Notes under the pieces: model-generated
What the model was told of the DNA's origin: nothing
The model's database searches: none
The model's input: the letters and a program-made list of their open reading frames with translations, nothing else
DNA from: Planctomycetota bacterium
GTDB lineage: Bacteria > Planctomycetota > B15-G4 > SIAN01
Reading direction: 5' to 3'
Assembly (NCBI GenBank): GCA_031409275.1
Contig: JANNXA010000014.1
Location: 64,001-128,000 of the forward strand
Length of the DNA stretch: 64,000 nucleotides
Part shown: in pieces, positions 31,456 through 44,552 of the stretch
How the letters are laid out: the number at the start of each line of letters is the position of its first letter
Position numbering within the stretch: position 1 is the stretch's first letter
Program-made: the position numbers and the translations under genes

Positions 31456-32550
31456 TCAGTTCGACGGGAGGCGCAACACCGTCCCGACCTTCAGCCGATC
31501 CTTGTCGGTGATGCGGTCGGAGTTGGCGTCGAAGACGAGCTTCCACGCCGACTTGGTGCCGTAATTGGCCAGCGCGATGCTCATCAGCGTGTCGCCCTTC
31601 GCGACCGTGTGCTCGCTCGAAGAGGTGACGCGCTTGGGAGTCGCCGGCGCCGTTGCCGCCGTCTTCTCTTTCGCGGACGGCGTCAGTTCGAGCGCCTTGA
31701 CGGGCACCAGCGGTTCGCTGCCGGAAACGGCGAGCTTGGCCCCCTCCGTCGCGGCCGATTCGATCGTGGAGACCAGGTCCGTCCCCTGCGTCGGCGCCTT
31801 CGGCAGCTTGAGCCGCATGCCGACGCGGAGCTTGTTCTTGTCGGTCAGCGCCGGATTGGCATCGAGGATCGTCTGCCACAGCGCGCCGTCACCGTAAAGC
31901 GACCGCGCCACGCGCTCGAGCGAGTCGCCGCTGCGCACTTCGTACTGGTACTCACGCACCTTGATCGGCGGCTCGAGATCGGCGGTCGCGCCGCCCTTGA
32001 CCACTTTGGGGTCATCCTCGACGACGACCGGCGAAGGAGCCGGGGCATCGCTCTTCTGCGCGTTCATCTCCGCGAGCGCCGCATCGCGCCGCCGGCGCAG
32101 CAGATCGTCGATGAGGGGATTCGCTACGTTCTTCTCCGGAGGCGCGGCACCGTTGCCGTTGGCGACCGGACCGCCACTCGGGCCCGGGGCGTCGGTTGGA
32201 GCGGGCAGATCGGTCGGCAGGCTCAGAGAGCCCACGCCTTGCGGCGGCTGCGCCTTGAGGCTGCCGAGCGGGCCTTCGCGACGCAGGGACGCGCCGTTGC
32301 CGTTCTCCGCCGGCGGCGTGGACTTGGCCACTTTGGGTTCGGTCTTGCGTCCGCCACGCGGGTCGGCCGGCTTCGCGCCGCTCTTCGCGTTGGCCGCCTT
32401 CGGATCGACCGGTTTCGGGACGCCTCCGACCAGCGCGCCTTCGCGCTCCTCGAAATCGCCCGCGCCCTTGATGGCCACCGTCAGGATCGCGCCGATGACC
32501 AGCACGATGCCGACGACCAGAAAACGCTCGATGCTCCCGATGGTGCGCAT
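31456..32550 (-). CDS. Membrane-anchored protein with two LysM domains
   Basis: N-terminal TM; YEVRSGDSLERVARSLYG...ILDANP and HTVAKGDTLMSIALANYG...VFDAN. Confidence 0.9.
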   Translation of the reverse strand: MRTIGSIERFLVVGIVLVIGAILTVAIKGAGDFEEREGALVGGVPKPVDPKAANAKSGAKPADPRGGRKTEPKVAKSTPPAENGNGASLRREGPLGSLKAQPPQGVGSLSLPTDLPAPTDAPGPSGGPVANGNGAAPPEKNVANPLIDDLLRRRRDAALAEMNAQKSDAPAPSPVVVEDDPKVVKGGATADLEPPIKVREYQYEVRSGDSLERVARSLYGDGALWQTILDANPALTDKNKLRVGMRLKLPKAPTQGTDLVSTIESAATEGAKLAVSGSEPLVPVKALELTPSAKEKTAATAPATPKRVTSSSEHTVAKGDTLMSIALANYGTKSAWKLVFDANSDRITDKDRLKVGTVLRLPSN

Positions 32551-32721
32551 CGCCCCTCCCTGCCCCCGAAAAACGGAGACCTTGCCTGCGGACGCGAAAC
32601 TTGATTCGCCTTCAGGCCGGTCCGGATCGCGAAGCCGCCAAACCTCGCCAATCCGTTCGCACGATCACTCCGACGTGGAGCGTTGCGACGAGGCGGGATG
32701 TTAGGTCGCGAAGCGACACAG

Positions 32722-33429
32722 TCAAGGCGAGCGAGTACGACGTCGACGCAGCAGTAGACGCAGAAACGCGCCCATCCGATGGAAGACCCACAAGCGCGTG
32801 AGCCACGCGAAGCGTGCGGCCGCGCGCCGCGCGCGCGCGTCGAGGAGATCGGGTGCGTAACGCGCTTTGAACTTGAGCACGGCCGAGCGATCGAGCCACG
32901 CCAATCGCCGCAGACACCAGCCACGCCAGCCGTTCGGACCGAGGACCCACGCCGACTGGAAGTCGATCAGGAAGACGACACCATCGGGGTCGACAAGGAT
33001 GTTTCGCTTCTGGCGCAGATCGAGGTGGACGACGCCGCGCGAATGCAGTTGCGCGACGCGCTCACCCAACCCGAGACAGGCGACTCGCATCCGCTCCGGC
33101 GCGAAGCTTCGCCGCAACGGATCGGCGGCGAAGTACTCGCTGGCGATGGCGTCGGCATCGATGCGGCCATAGAGACGTGGCACGCCAGGCATCCCGGCCA
33201 GCGCGGCAAGGGCACGCTCCTCGCGGCGCAGCACCCGGCGCCCGTAGAGAGAGCGCACCCATGAGTGCATGCCACGGACGTCTTTGATCAGCAGGTCGCG
33301 ATCGCCGTGACGAACGACGGAGACGCGCGATTTGGTGGCGCTGCCCGGGTGAAGAGGGCGTCCCGGCGACGCGTCGAGCTCGACACGGGTTGGGAGGAGC
33401 TCCGCCGGCGGCGGCGCGCCATTCACCAT
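32722..33429 (-). CDS. Small protein-kinase-like (RIO/Kdo kinase-like) phosphotransferase
   Basis: LLIKD, REERAL, GVPRL, HSRGVVHLDL..RNIL, LIDFQ. Confidence 0.75.
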   Translation of the reverse strand: MVNGAPPPAELLPTRVELDASPGRPLHPGSATKSRVSVVRHGDRDLLIKDVRGMHSWVRSLYGRRVLRREERALAALAGMPGVPRLYGRIDADAIASEYFAADPLRRSFAPERMRVACLGLGERVAQLHSRGVVHLDLRQKRNILVDPDGVVFLIDFQSAWVLGPNGWRGWCLRRLAWLDRSAVLKFKARYAPDLLDARARRAAARFAWLTRLWVFHRMGAFLRLLLRRRRTRSP

Positions 33430-33998
33430 GGGAGCAGGAACTTGCTCCCGAGCACGGCGAGGCCCGCCACCACCAGCAGCGCCGTGCTGACCTCGCTGTT
33501 GTGGACCACCAGCGCCGGGTCGAAGCGTCCGGGCGCGCGCAACCGAGGCCACGGGCTCGGGATGAAGTCAGGAACCTTGCGGTCGAACTCATCCCATTCG
33601 GCGCCGAAGCGGCGGCGCAGGCGACCGCCCTCGACCCGAAACTTGTGGGGCAGGTAGTAGAAGAAGAAGACGCCCAGCGCGAAGGGGAGCAGCAGGATCA
33701 GCAGGTATCGGCTGGCGCTCCCGCGGGCGTCGTTGCTGGCGGCGAAGAAGACCCCCACCATGATCAGGAAGGTGCCGAGGTAGAGCGGGTTCTTGACGTG
33801 CGAGTAGGGCCCGCTCTTGATCACCGCCTGGTTCTTGCGCAGGTGGCCGCACGCCCACAGACGGAGTGCCTCGCCGGCGAGGGCCAGGCCGCAACCGATC
33901 GCGTAGAGCGGCAGAGTCGGGCGCGCCATGTAGAAGATCGTCGCTCCGGCGAGGTAGACGGCGATCCGGCGCAAGGTCGGCTTCTTCGAGGCTGGCAT
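33423..33998 (-). CDS. ICMT/PEMT-family integral membrane methyltransferase
   Basis: GEALRLWACGHL, GPYSHVKNPLYLG, RFGAEW...VPDFIP. Confidence 0.85.
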   Translation of the reverse strand: MPASKKPTLRRIAVYLAGATIFYMARPTLPLYAIGCGLALAGEALRLWACGHLRKNQAVIKSGPYSHVKNPLYLGTFLIMVGVFFAASNDARGSASRYLLILLLPFALGVFFFYYLPHKFRVEGGRLRRRFGAEWDEFDRKVPDFIPSPWPRLRAPGRFDPALVVHNSEVSTALLVVAGLAVLGSKFLLPW

Positions 33999-34085
33999 GG
34001 CGCGACGTTAGCAGCGGACTCCGCCACCCGCCACCGAGGCGACGCCGCCCCTTTGCGCGCTCGCGCGACGCGCTAACTTGCCGCG

Positions 34086-34705
34086 ATGCCGAACGTCGCC
34101 TCGCTCCTCGCCCGAGTTCGTCGCCTCGCTGCCGTGCTGCTGCTCGCCGCGCTGACGCCCTGCACCGGCTGCGTGGGCGGCAACGGCAGAGGGGCCGCCG
34201 ACTGGCAGGGCGCGATCCCGACCGACGAACCGGCGGTCGTGACGATCGAGAACCTGAGCTACTCGCCGGCGCGGATCCTGGGGCTGGTCAGCGACGACCA
34301 TCCCGCCGCCGAGTCGGAAGATGCCGAGCTGCGTCGCACCGGCATCAAACGCATCCCGGCGCACCGCATGGAGGTGCTCCTCGACGAGCTCAGCCGGCAG
34401 GGCTTCCTCGCCAGCTCGCAGCCGCTCGAGAAGTTCGAGCCCAGCGATCCGAAACTGGTGCTGCGACGCCTGGTGGTGACGGTCGGCACCGAACGGCGCG
34501 CCTTCACCCTTCCGCGCGGTCCCGCCGCCGACGTGGCCGAACGCTTCAACGTGCAGGCGCACGCCGTGCAGGCGATGTTCAACGAGGTGGTCGACTTCCG
34601 ACTCGAAGGCTCGGCGAAGAGCTCGCTCCACTTCTACGAACTGCAGCAGAAGCTCTTCGACGCCAACCGCGCCCGCAAGGACGCGAGCGCTCCGGGCCGT
34701 TCTCC

Positions 34706-34709
<4 letters not shown>
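34086..34709 (+). CDS. Hypothetical lipoprotein
   Basis: RVRRLAAVLLLAALTPCTGC lipoprotein-type signal; TTGA overlap with kdsB. Confidence 0.65.
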
Positions 34710-37068
<2,359 letters not shown>

Positions 37069-37092
37069 CCCGATCCTGCTGGCGAGGAACCC

Positions 37093-37395
37093 ATGGAACG
37101 TCCGGAAGCGGAAAGCGAAGACGCCGACGACACGAACTTCGATCCGGCCAGCTTCGTCGGCCTGGTGATCGGCTTGGCGACGCAGGCGCAGGTCTTCTTC
37201 GGCGCGATCGACAATCCGATCACGAAGCAGAAGGAGAAGGTCGACCTGCCACGCGCGAAGAACATGGTCGACGTGCTCGGCATGCTCGAGCAGAAGACCG
37301 CGGGCAACCTCTCGAAGGACGAGGCCGAGTTCATGAAGCGCATCCTGGTCGACCTGCGGATGCGTTACGTGAAGGCCAAGTCGGCCGCCGGCTGA
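37093..37395 (+). CDS. DUF1844 family protein
   Basis: DLPRAKNMVDVLGMLEQKTAGNLSKDEAEF..DLRMRYV. Confidence 0.85.
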   Translation: MERPEAESEDADDTNFDPASFVGLVIGLATQAQVFFGAIDNPITKQKEKVDLPRAKNMVDVLGMLEQKTAGNLSKDEAEFMKRILVDLRMRYVKAKSAAG

Positions 37396-37425
37396 GAGAG
37401 GCTGGAACGGGCAGAGCGCCGCGCT

Positions 37426-38826
37426 TCAGCGCATCGCGCCCGCCGGCCCGCTCGTGGTCGGCAGCGTCTTCTCCGGCACGAAGCGCAGCAGCCACGGCTG
37501 CGCGGTGGGATCCCGCTTCCACTGGTCGAGGATCCGGAGCGCGATCTTCAGGCTGCCGACTTGCGTCGGATGCACGCCGTCCGCGGTGTCCTCGACGCAG
37601 AGCCAGTCGAGCCCGTCCGCGCGCGGCCGGATCCCGTCGCACCACGGGTAGTACGCCCACGTGAGCCACGGCGCGATCGCGGCCACGACGCCGGCGCGGT
37701 AGTTGAGACCGCCCGCCAACTGCGTCTCGATGGCCCACTTGATGGCCCAGCCGTTCTCGTAGCTCTCCGGCTCGACCACGGGCACCGCGTAGCCCTCGTA
37801 GGTGATCGGGGAGAGGTAGGCGAGCGCCGCGTTCGGGAAGCGGGCCTTGGCGTTGACGATGAGGCTCTCGACGCCGTCCTGCACGGTGCGAGCGCGCGAC
37901 GGAAACGTGCCTGCGATGCGTTGCGCCCCGCTCAAGATCCACAGCACCTGCACCTGCGCCGCGGTGACGCCGTTGGCGGCGAGCTCGGTCGGAACGTACT
38001 TCGTCCAGTACTTCGAATTCGGATCGCTCATGTCGATGGCGTCTTCGCCAGCGAGGCAGAGGTCGACCCAGCGGATCGCTGGCGAGATCGCGCCATCCGA
38101 CTGCGCCAGCGGCACGAACTCGGCCCAGATCTTTTTCGACACGCTGAATCCGATGCCCGCGACCACCAAGCTGCCGCGTGCGCTGGGGCGACTCGATCCG
38201 TCAAGCGGCTCGAGCGCGGCCGCGATCGCCTCGCCGGCCTCGCGGTGCGCCTTCGGCGGCTGCACTTGGCCACCCGGCCAAAGCCCTCCCTCTTCGCCGA
38301 GGTAGGTGCCGCTGCCGAGTTCATCGAGCGGCGTGAGTCCATACGACGTCCGCGAGCAGTCGGGCGGGACGAGGACCGAGGCATCACTGTCACGGCCATC
38401 GCGTGTGATACGGCAAGACGCCCCGTTGGAGCGCCGCGGTGGCGCGCCGTCGACGACGAACTGCGCGAAGAAGACGGTGTCGATGAGGTCGGGGGAGTCG
38501 TTGATCGTCGACTCGAAGGAGTGATGGCCACGCGCGTCGAACACGAAACCGTGGTCGCAGAACAGCGGGAAGTCGAGGCAAAGCGAGAGGTGGCCGGCCG
38601 GTGTGGGGCCTTCGCCAAGCGACACCATGAAATGGCCGGACGCGCCGGCCGGACCCTGCATCCGGACGGTGACGATGGACCCCGGAGCAGCGGTCGCCGG
38701 GACGTCGAGTCGCGCGCCCGGATCGCCGTCGCAGCCCTGAGCGTGCAGCGAGTCGGAAATCCCTGCCGCGAGGGCGACGATCAGGATGGAGTGCGACGCG
38801 CAGTGCAACCGGGTCGTCTTGCGCAT
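37426..38826 (-). CDS. Secreted SGNH/GDSL-like hydrolase with N-terminal beta-sandwich domain
   Basis: Signal ending [12 protein letters not shown] (block I-like), [17 protein letters not shown] (DxxH block V). Confidence 0.6.
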   Translation of the reverse strand: MRKTTRLHCASHSILIVALAAGISDSLHAQGCDGDPGARLDVPATAAPGSIVTVRMQGPAGASGHFMVSLGEGPTPAGHLSLCLDFPLFCDHGFVFDARGHHSFESTINDSPDLIDTVFFAQFVVDGAPPRRSNGASCRITRDGRDSDASVLVPPDCSRTSYGLTPLDELGSGTYLGEEGGLWPGGQVQPPKAHREAGEAIAAALEPLDGSSRPSARGSLVVAGIGFSVSKKIWAEFVPLAQSDGAISPAIRWVDLCLAGEDAIDMSDPNSKYWTKYVPTELAANGVTAAQVQVLWILSGAQRIAGTFPSRARTVQDGVESLIVNAKARFPNAALAYLSPITYEGYAVPVVEPESYENGWAIKWAIETQLAGGLNYRAGVVAAIAPWLTWAYYPWCDGIRPRADGLDWLCVEDTADGVHPTQVGSLKIALRILDQWKRDPTAQPWLLRFVPEKTLPTTSGPAGAMR

Positions 38827-38957
38827 CTTCGAATCCTCCTGTGAGCCGCCCCGCCCCTCGGCAGCTCACCGCAAACGCCGTACGTGCGAGGGAGCTCGGG
38901 GGACGCCCCCATCCGAGACTTCGCGGCCGCGGCCAACGCGCTTACGCTTGGCGCCCG

Positions 38958-39452
38958 ATGGACACGAAGACTCAGCCCTTGGAAGCGCAGGTCGGCGACA
39001 TCGTGCTCTGCCACGACGCGACCTACCGCGACAACCTGAAGCTCCCGAGCGAGCTCGGACTCGTCCTCGACGCGCGCAAGGACCGCGCGAAGGTCTATTT
39101 CCCCGGCAGCGGCGGCGAACCGTGGATCCCGGTACCGATGCTCGCACGCGTGCGCGCGCCGGTCGGCCACCCGACCGTGCCGCTTTGGATGCAGCGCGCG
39201 GCCTACCTCGCCGGCTCGCTCGACATGCAGTTCATGGAGGTGACGCAGGTCGGCGCGGACGGCTGCGCGCTGCGCCTCTTCCACGGCGAAGCGGAACTCG
39301 AGCAGTTCGACGCGCTGCGAGCCGGGCTTGGCGACGAGCTGCGCTACTGGCGGCTGCTGCCAGCCGGAATGCACAAAATGGAGTCAGCCGTCGCGTTCCT
39401 GGCGCGCGAGCGCACCGACGCACCCGTCCCGCCGCCGCGCGCGCAGGAGTGA
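38958..39452 (+). CDS. Hypothetical protein (SH3/KOW-like N-terminus), first gene of the sigma54-activator operon
   Basis: [26 protein letters not shown] overlap with next gene. Confidence 0.65.
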   Translation: MDTKTQPLEAQVGDIVLCHDATYRDNLKLPSELGLVLDARKDRAKVYFPGSGGEPWIPVPMLARVRAPVGHPTVPLWMQRAAYLAGSLDMQFMEVTQVGADGCALRLFHGEAELEQFDALRAGLGDELRYWRLLPAGMHKMESAVAFLARERTDAPVPPPRAQE

Positions 39453-41323
39453 GCGTGGCGGAAGGTCCTCTGCAGCTCGTCTGGAACGATGCCCGCGGCG
39501 AGCACCACGCGATGGCCATCGTGCGCCCGCTTCGAATCGGCCGTGCTCCCGAATGCGAGCTCCATCTCGACGAGGAGGGCGTGTCGCGCATCCATTGCGA
39601 GGTGCGTCCCGACGGTGATCTGATCGCGCTGACCGATCTGCACTCGACCAACGGCACCTACGTGAACGGCACCCGCGTCCACGAGGCGCGCCTGAAGGAC
39701 GGCGACACCATCGTGATCGGCCGCCTGCTGCTGCGGATCGAGGAGCACGCGGGAGCGCACGAGGCCTACAAGACCTGCTCCGTCGGTTCCGACGAGGTCG
39801 AGATCGCCATCGACGCGGCGTCCTCGACCTACCCGCCCGCCGGCCTCTCTTTCGAGAGCGGCCAGCGCCACCTGCAGGCGCTCTACGGAATCCTGCGCGT
39901 CATCGGCGATTCGGCCGACGTCGCCCAGGTCCTGCGCGGCGCGCTGCGCACGATCCTCGACACGCTCGGGCTCGATTTCGGCCACGTGCTGATCGGGCCG
40001 CGACCCAACCCAGGTGCGACCCTCGAGCTGCGCGCCGCGGCCAGCCATGCCACGGACGGAACGGCGCCTCCGTGGAGCAACACGGTCGTGCGCCGCGTGC
40101 TCGAGAATGGCCAGGCGGTGCTCGCCAACGACGTGCAAGCCGAACCGGAACTGAAGGCCGCGAAGAGCATCGTGGCCGCGCGCAGCGTCCGCATCTGCTG
40201 CGCACCGATCCCGTTGCGGGGACGGGTCGGCGTGCTCTACGTCGCCGCGCGCGGGCTAGCGAGCCCCGTGCTGCCGGAAGACGTTGCGTTCCTCTGCGCC
40301 GCGGCGCGGCAGGTCGGACTCGCCGCCGACGCACTCTCCGAGCGCGAGTCGCTCGCGCGAGAGAACGAGCATCTGCGCCAGGCCGTGCCGCAGCGCCAGC
40401 TGGTGGGAGCATCCGAACCGATGCGCCGCTTGCGCGAACTCGTCTCGAAGACGGCGCAGGTCGACGCGACCGTCCTGGTCACCGGCGAAAGCGGCACCGG
40501 CAAGGAGCTCGTTGCTCGCGGGATCCATGGCGCCAGCGCGCGCGCGGCCGGTCCCTTCGTCGCCGTCAACTGCGGCGCGCTGCCGGCGAACGTCGTCCTG
40601 AGCGAGCTCTTCGGCCACGAGAAGGGGGCCTTCACCGGAGCGACGGCGCGCCGCATCGGGCTGGTCGAACTCGCGCGCGGCGGCACGCTCTTCCTCGACG
40701 AAGTTGGCGAGCTGCCGCTCGACGTGCAGGTCATGCTGCTGCGCCTGATCGAGGAGAAGCGCTTCTTCCGGGTGGGCGGCAACGAGGAGGTCAGCGTCGA
40801 CGTCCGCTTCGTCGCAGCGACCCATCGCGACCTCGAAGCCGCTTGTCGCAGCGGTGCGTTTCGCACCGACCTGCTGTTCCGTCTCAAGGTCGTGGCGATC
40901 ACCACGCCGCCGCTGCGCGAACGGCTCGCCGACCTCGAGGAGCTCGCGGCCTTCCTCCTCGACGAGATCGCGCGCGCGACCGGCCGACCGACCAAGCCGC
41001 TGCTCCCCGAAGCGATCGAGCGAATGCGCCAACACGCGTGGCCGGGCAACGTCCGCGAACTGCGCAACGCGCTCGAGCGCGCGCTCCTGCTTTCGAGCGG
41101 CCCGTCGATCGGTGCCGGCGACCTCGGCCTGGCTGCGGCGAGCGTCGTCTCCGACACGACGAGCGGCCCTCTCGTCTCGCTCGAACAGATCGAGCGCGAC
41201 CACGTTCGTCGCGTGCTGGCCGCGACGCGCTGGAACAAGACACGCGCCGCCGAGATCCTCGGCATGGCCCGCATCACGCTCTACGAGAAGATCCGCACCT
41301 TCGGTCTCGAGCCGAGTCCATGA
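39449..41323 (+). CDS. Sigma54-dependent activator with FHA, GAF, AAA+ and Fis HTH domains
   Basis: [65 protein letters not shown]. Confidence 0.93.
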   Translation: MSVAEGPLQLVWNDARGEHHAMAIVRPLRIGRAPECELHLDEEGVSRIHCEVRPDGDLIALTDLHSTNGTYVNGTRVHEARLKDGDTIVIGRLLLRIEEHAGAHEAYKTCSVGSDEVEIAIDAASSTYPPAGLSFESGQRHLQALYGILRVIGDSADVAQVLRGALRTILDTLGLDFGHVLIGPRPNPGATLELRAAASHATDGTAPPWSNTVVRRVLENGQAVLANDVQAEPELKAAKSIVAARSVRICCAPIPLRGRVGVLYVAARGLASPVLPEDVAFLCAAARQVGLAADALSERESLARENEHLRQAVPQRQLVGASEPMRRLRELVSKTAQVDATVLVTGESGTGKELVARGIHGASARAAGPFVAVNCGALPANVVLSELFGHEKGAFTGATARRIGLVELARGGTLFLDEVGELPLDVQVMLLRLIEEKRFFRVGGNEEVSVDVRFVAATHRDLEAACRSGAFRTDLLFRLKVVAITTPPLRERLADLEELAAFLLDEIARATGRPTKPLLPEAIERMRQHAWPGNVRELRNALERALLLSSGPSIGAGDLGLAAASVVSDTTSGPLVSLEQIERDHVRRVLAATRWNKTRAAEILGMARITLYEKIRTFGLEPSP

Positions 41324-43302
41324 ACGGCGGCCAGACGCGATTCTTCTGCCGCTGCGGGCGCCTGATCAGCGTCGACGCCTCGGTGCGCGACGTGGTCTGC
41401 CCGACCTGCCGCGAGAAGAGCGTCGTCCCGAATGTCGGCGTCGCCGCGCCGCCGCCTCAACCTGCGCCATCCGCGCCACCGGCGCCGTCGGTCGGTCCGG
41501 CCGCCACCGCCGTCCTCGGCCTGCGCAGCGCGCAACGGCTCGGCCGCTTCGAGCTGAAGAGCGTGCTCGGGCAAGGCGGCATGGGCACGGTGTGGCGCGC
41601 ACTCGACATCGAGAAGAACGTCGAAGTGGGGCTGAAGGTCCTGCATCCGAACCTGCAGGCGCGCCCCGACTTCGTGTCGCGCTTCCAACGCGAGGCGCGG
41701 GCGGCCGCGGGACTTCACCATCCGAACATCGTTCAGGTGCTCGATGCCGGCGTCGACCAGGCCACGCCGTGGATCGCGATGGAGCTGGTCGAGGGCGAGG
41801 ATCTGCTGGCGGCGGCGCAGCGCGGCGCGCTGCGACCGGACAACTTCCTGCCCGTCGCCGAGCAGGTCGCGCGCGGGCTGCTGGCCGCGGCCGAGATGGG
41901 TATCACCCATCGCGACATCAAGCCAGGCAACCTGCTGCTGCGGCTCGATGGAGTGGTGAAGGTCGCGGACTTCGGTCTCGCCAAGGCGGTCGATTCCGAT
42001 TCGCGTCTGACGGTGACCGGCGAGATCCTCGGCACGCCGCACTACATGTCGCCCGAACAGGGGCGCGGCGAGCGGGTCGACCACCGCTCGGACCTCTACT
42101 CGCTGGGCGCGACTTTCTACCACGTGCTCGGCGGCGCCCCGCCGCATGAGGCCGACACGGCGGTCGCGGTCATCCTGAAGCACCTGCGCGAGGAGCCGCT
42201 GCCACTGCGAGCGCGCAACCATCGCGTCGCGTCGGGCGTCGAGCGCGTCATCCATCGGCTGCTGCAGAAGAGCCCCGATCAGCGCTACCAGACGCATGCC
42301 GCGTTGCTGTCGGACCTCGAGCGCCTAGCCTCGGGACGCGAACCGGTCGGCGGCGCCGATCCGCCGATGCGCCGCGTCCAGCAGGGCGGCACGACATACG
42401 TGCTGCCGCATGAAGCGACGACCGAACTCGTGCTGGAGCCCGCCGGATCGATCCGTCGGCTGCTTGCGTTCGCGCTCGACCTGTTCGCGCTCGAACTGCT
42501 GCTCCACGTCGTGCTCTTCGCCGGACGCGCGCTGCTCGACGAGCCGACGACGCGAGTGGCCGGATTCGCACGGCTGCTGGTCCCCGAGCTGCCTCAAAGC
42601 GGATCCGCAGGCGCCATCACGCTGGCCGTGGTCGGAATCCTCGCCGCACTGATCTACTACGCCGGCGCCGACGCGCGCGGCGGACGGACGCTGGGCAAGC
42701 GCTGGATGCGTCTGCGGCTGTGCCGACGCGATGGCGGCGACCTCGGCGTGCTCCGCGCGCTGCTCCGCACGCTGCTGGTCGCGCCCGGGCTGCTGATGGT
42801 CGCTCCGACGCTGACGGTCTGCGCGCAGTCGCTGCTCACGCTCGCGACGAGTGCCCCGTCGTTGCCACGACAACTGGTCGGCGCCGGGATCGGTTGGTTC
42901 CTGGTGCTCGAACTGCTGGGGCGCATGACCGCATTCGGGCGGCCGCTGCAGGATGGGCTCGTCGGTGCCGTGACCTATTCCGCCCAGACTGCGACACGCT
43001 CCTTGCCGCCGCCCACCGACCGATCGGCACGCTCGCCCGCACGCGCGGTTCGACTGTCGCTGGTGCCGGGCCTAGGCGTCATGTACGCCGGCCATCCGCT
43101 GCTTGGCGTTGCGCTCCTGGCCGCGATCCTCTACGCGCTGGTCGCGGCGCCCGATCCTCGCACCGGACTGGCACTGTGGCTCGCCTCCGCCTTCGTCGCC
43201 CGCGCTCTCGCGCGTCGGAACTCGATGCGGACCACGGATGCGAGCGCGCCGCCGCCCGGACCCGCCGCTGCGACGACGCTGATTCGCCGTCAGGAAAGCT
43301 GA
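41320..43302 (+). CDS. Membrane Ser/Thr protein kinase with N-terminal Zn finger, RDD domain and C-terminal TM hairpin
   Basis: [49 protein letters not shown]...GRTLGKRW...LQD (RDD); ATGA overlap. Confidence 0.92.
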   Translation: MNGGQTRFFCRCGRLISVDASVRDVVCPTCREKSVVPNVGVAAPPPQPAPSAPPAPSVGPAATAVLGLRSAQRLGRFELKSVLGQGGMGTVWRALDIEKNVEVGLKVLHPNLQARPDFVSRFQREARAAAGLHHPNIVQVLDAGVDQATPWIAMELVEGEDLLAAAQRGALRPDNFLPVAEQVARGLLAAAEMGITHRDIKPGNLLLRLDGVVKVADFGLAKAVDSDSRLTVTGEILGTPHYMSPEQGRGERVDHRSDLYSLGATFYHVLGGAPPHEADTAVAVILKHLREEPLPLRARNHRVASGVERVIHRLLQKSPDQRYQTHAALLSDLERLASGREPVGGADPPMRRVQQGGTTYVLPHEATTELVLEPAGSIRRLLAFALDLFALELLLHVVLFAGRALLDEPTTRVAGFARLLVPELPQSGSAGAITLAVVGILAALIYYAGADARGGRTLGKRWMRLRLCRRDGGDLGVLRALLRTLLVAPGLLMVAPTLTVCAQSLLTLATSAPSLPRQLVGAGIGWFLVLELLGRMTAFGRPLQDGLVGAVTYSAQTATRSLPPPTDRSARSPARAVRLSLVPGLGVMYAGHPLLGVALLAAILYALVAAPDPRTGLALWLASAFVARALARRNSMRTTDASAPPPGPAAATTLIRRQES

Positions 43303-43424
43303 CGAGCGTACGGAAAGCGGCCACCGTCGCGGCGCGCGACGCGGCCGCGGTCAGCCGTCGACGAACCGACGCAAGTCGCTTCAGGACACTGAGTTGACGC
43401 GCTTGATTCCGGCCCTGGAGGGGG

Positions 43425-43440
43425 CGGCACGGCGCTTGTT
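43425..43440 (+). promoter_or_regulatory. Candidate sigma54 -24/-12 promoter
   Basis: CGGCACGGCGCTTGTT versus consensus TGGCACGNNNNTTGCW (correct spacing, GT instead of GC at -12), 61 nt before the 43502 start. Confidence 0.55.
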
Positions 43441-43501
43441 CTAGAGCCCACCGTCGACGCGCTCGTGAAACCAGATGCAGCGCTCGGCGGGAGGACTTCC
43501 A

Positions 43502-44101
43502 GTGACCCTGGTCTGCGCGACCCACCCCGCAGTTGAAGCGATTGCTCGCTGCGTCCGCTGCGGTGTGCATCTCTGCGACGAGTGCCGCTCGTTCGAGGGG
43601 GTGCGCAACCTGTGCGCGCGCTGCCACGCGACCGCCCATGCGGCGAGCGGCGCGACGAACCGGGTGAACGCCTCGACGAGCGCAACTCCCGTCGCGACGG
43701 TCGCGCCGCCGCGCCGCCAGCGATCTCGGTGGCTGGCAGCGGCGCTGTCGCTCGTTCCCGGTCTCGGGCAAGCCTACTCCGGTCGCGTGCTGCGCGGCGC
43801 GTTCTGCTTCGGCGGCGCGCTCCTGCTGCGCGATGCACCGTTCATGACGCCGCTGCTCGGCGCGTTCCTCTACGCGTTCGGGTTGTTCGACGCGTTCCGC
43901 TGCGCCGAAGCGACGACGCTCAGCAGTGTCGAAGCGGGCAAGGCGCGCGGCGACGACACGGCGTTCCTGCTTGCTGGCCTGCTGGTCATCGTTGCCACGG
44001 TGACGTCACGCGGCGGCTTCGCAGCCGCGCCACCGCAGCAACTCCTGCCGCTCGCAGCGCTTGCCGCTGGCCTCGTCTTCGCTCACGAGACTCGGCGCTG
44101 A
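43502..44101 (+). CDS. B-box-type zinc-finger membrane protein
   Basis: [34 protein letters not shown] motif; GTG with GGAGG SD. Confidence 0.8.
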   Translation: MTLVCATHPAVEAIARCVRCGVHLCDECRSFEGVRNLCARCHATAHAASGATNRVNASTSATPVATVAPPRRQRSRWLAAALSLVPGLGQAYSGRVLRGAFCFGGALLLRDAPFMTPLLGAFLYAFGLFDAFRCAEATTLSSVEAGKARGDDTAFLLAGLLVIVATVTSRGGFAAAPPQQLLPLAALAAGLVFAHETRR

Positions 44102-44127
44102 ACCTCTCCGCTCCCGGAGCCCTGTCG

Positions 44128-44505
44128 ATGATCGCCCTCACTCTGCCGCTCGCCGCCGTCAACCGCCAATCGCAGTTCATGCCGTTCTGCGTCGGCTGCG
44201 GCATGCGCTTGCCCGAACTGCGCCACCACGCGCTCGCCTGCCCGCATTGCGGCGTCGAGCTCGTCCGCGCCGACGGCACGCGCGCCAGCGCCTCGCGACT
44301 GACGAAGTGGTTGCGCGCGGGCGCGAGCGCCGTTGTGCCAGGGGCCGGCCAGGCCCTGAACGGCGAGCTTGGCAAAGGGCTGCTCGTGCTCCTGACCTTC
44401 TGGCTGGTCGTTCCCTGGATCTGGGGCATCGCGGACGCGTGGCGCACGGCGCAGCGCCTCGCGCTCGCCCCGCTCGCTGCAAGTGAAGCGCACGGACGGC
44501 ATTGA
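44128..44505 (+). CDS. Zinc-ribbon membrane protein (alternative start 44179)
   Basis: FCVGCG..ACPHCG; SAVVPGAGQALNGELGKG TM motif; WIWGIADAW. Confidence 0.7.
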   Translation: MIALTLPLAAVNRQSQFMPFCVGCGMRLPELRHHALACPHCGVELVRADGTRASASRLTKWLRAGASAVVPGAGQALNGELGKGLLVLLTFWLVVPWIWGIADAWRTAQRLALAPLAASEAHGRH

Positions 44506-44552
44506 GCCGGACGACTCGAAATCACCCCCCTTCCGTTTCGGAGGAAACACGA

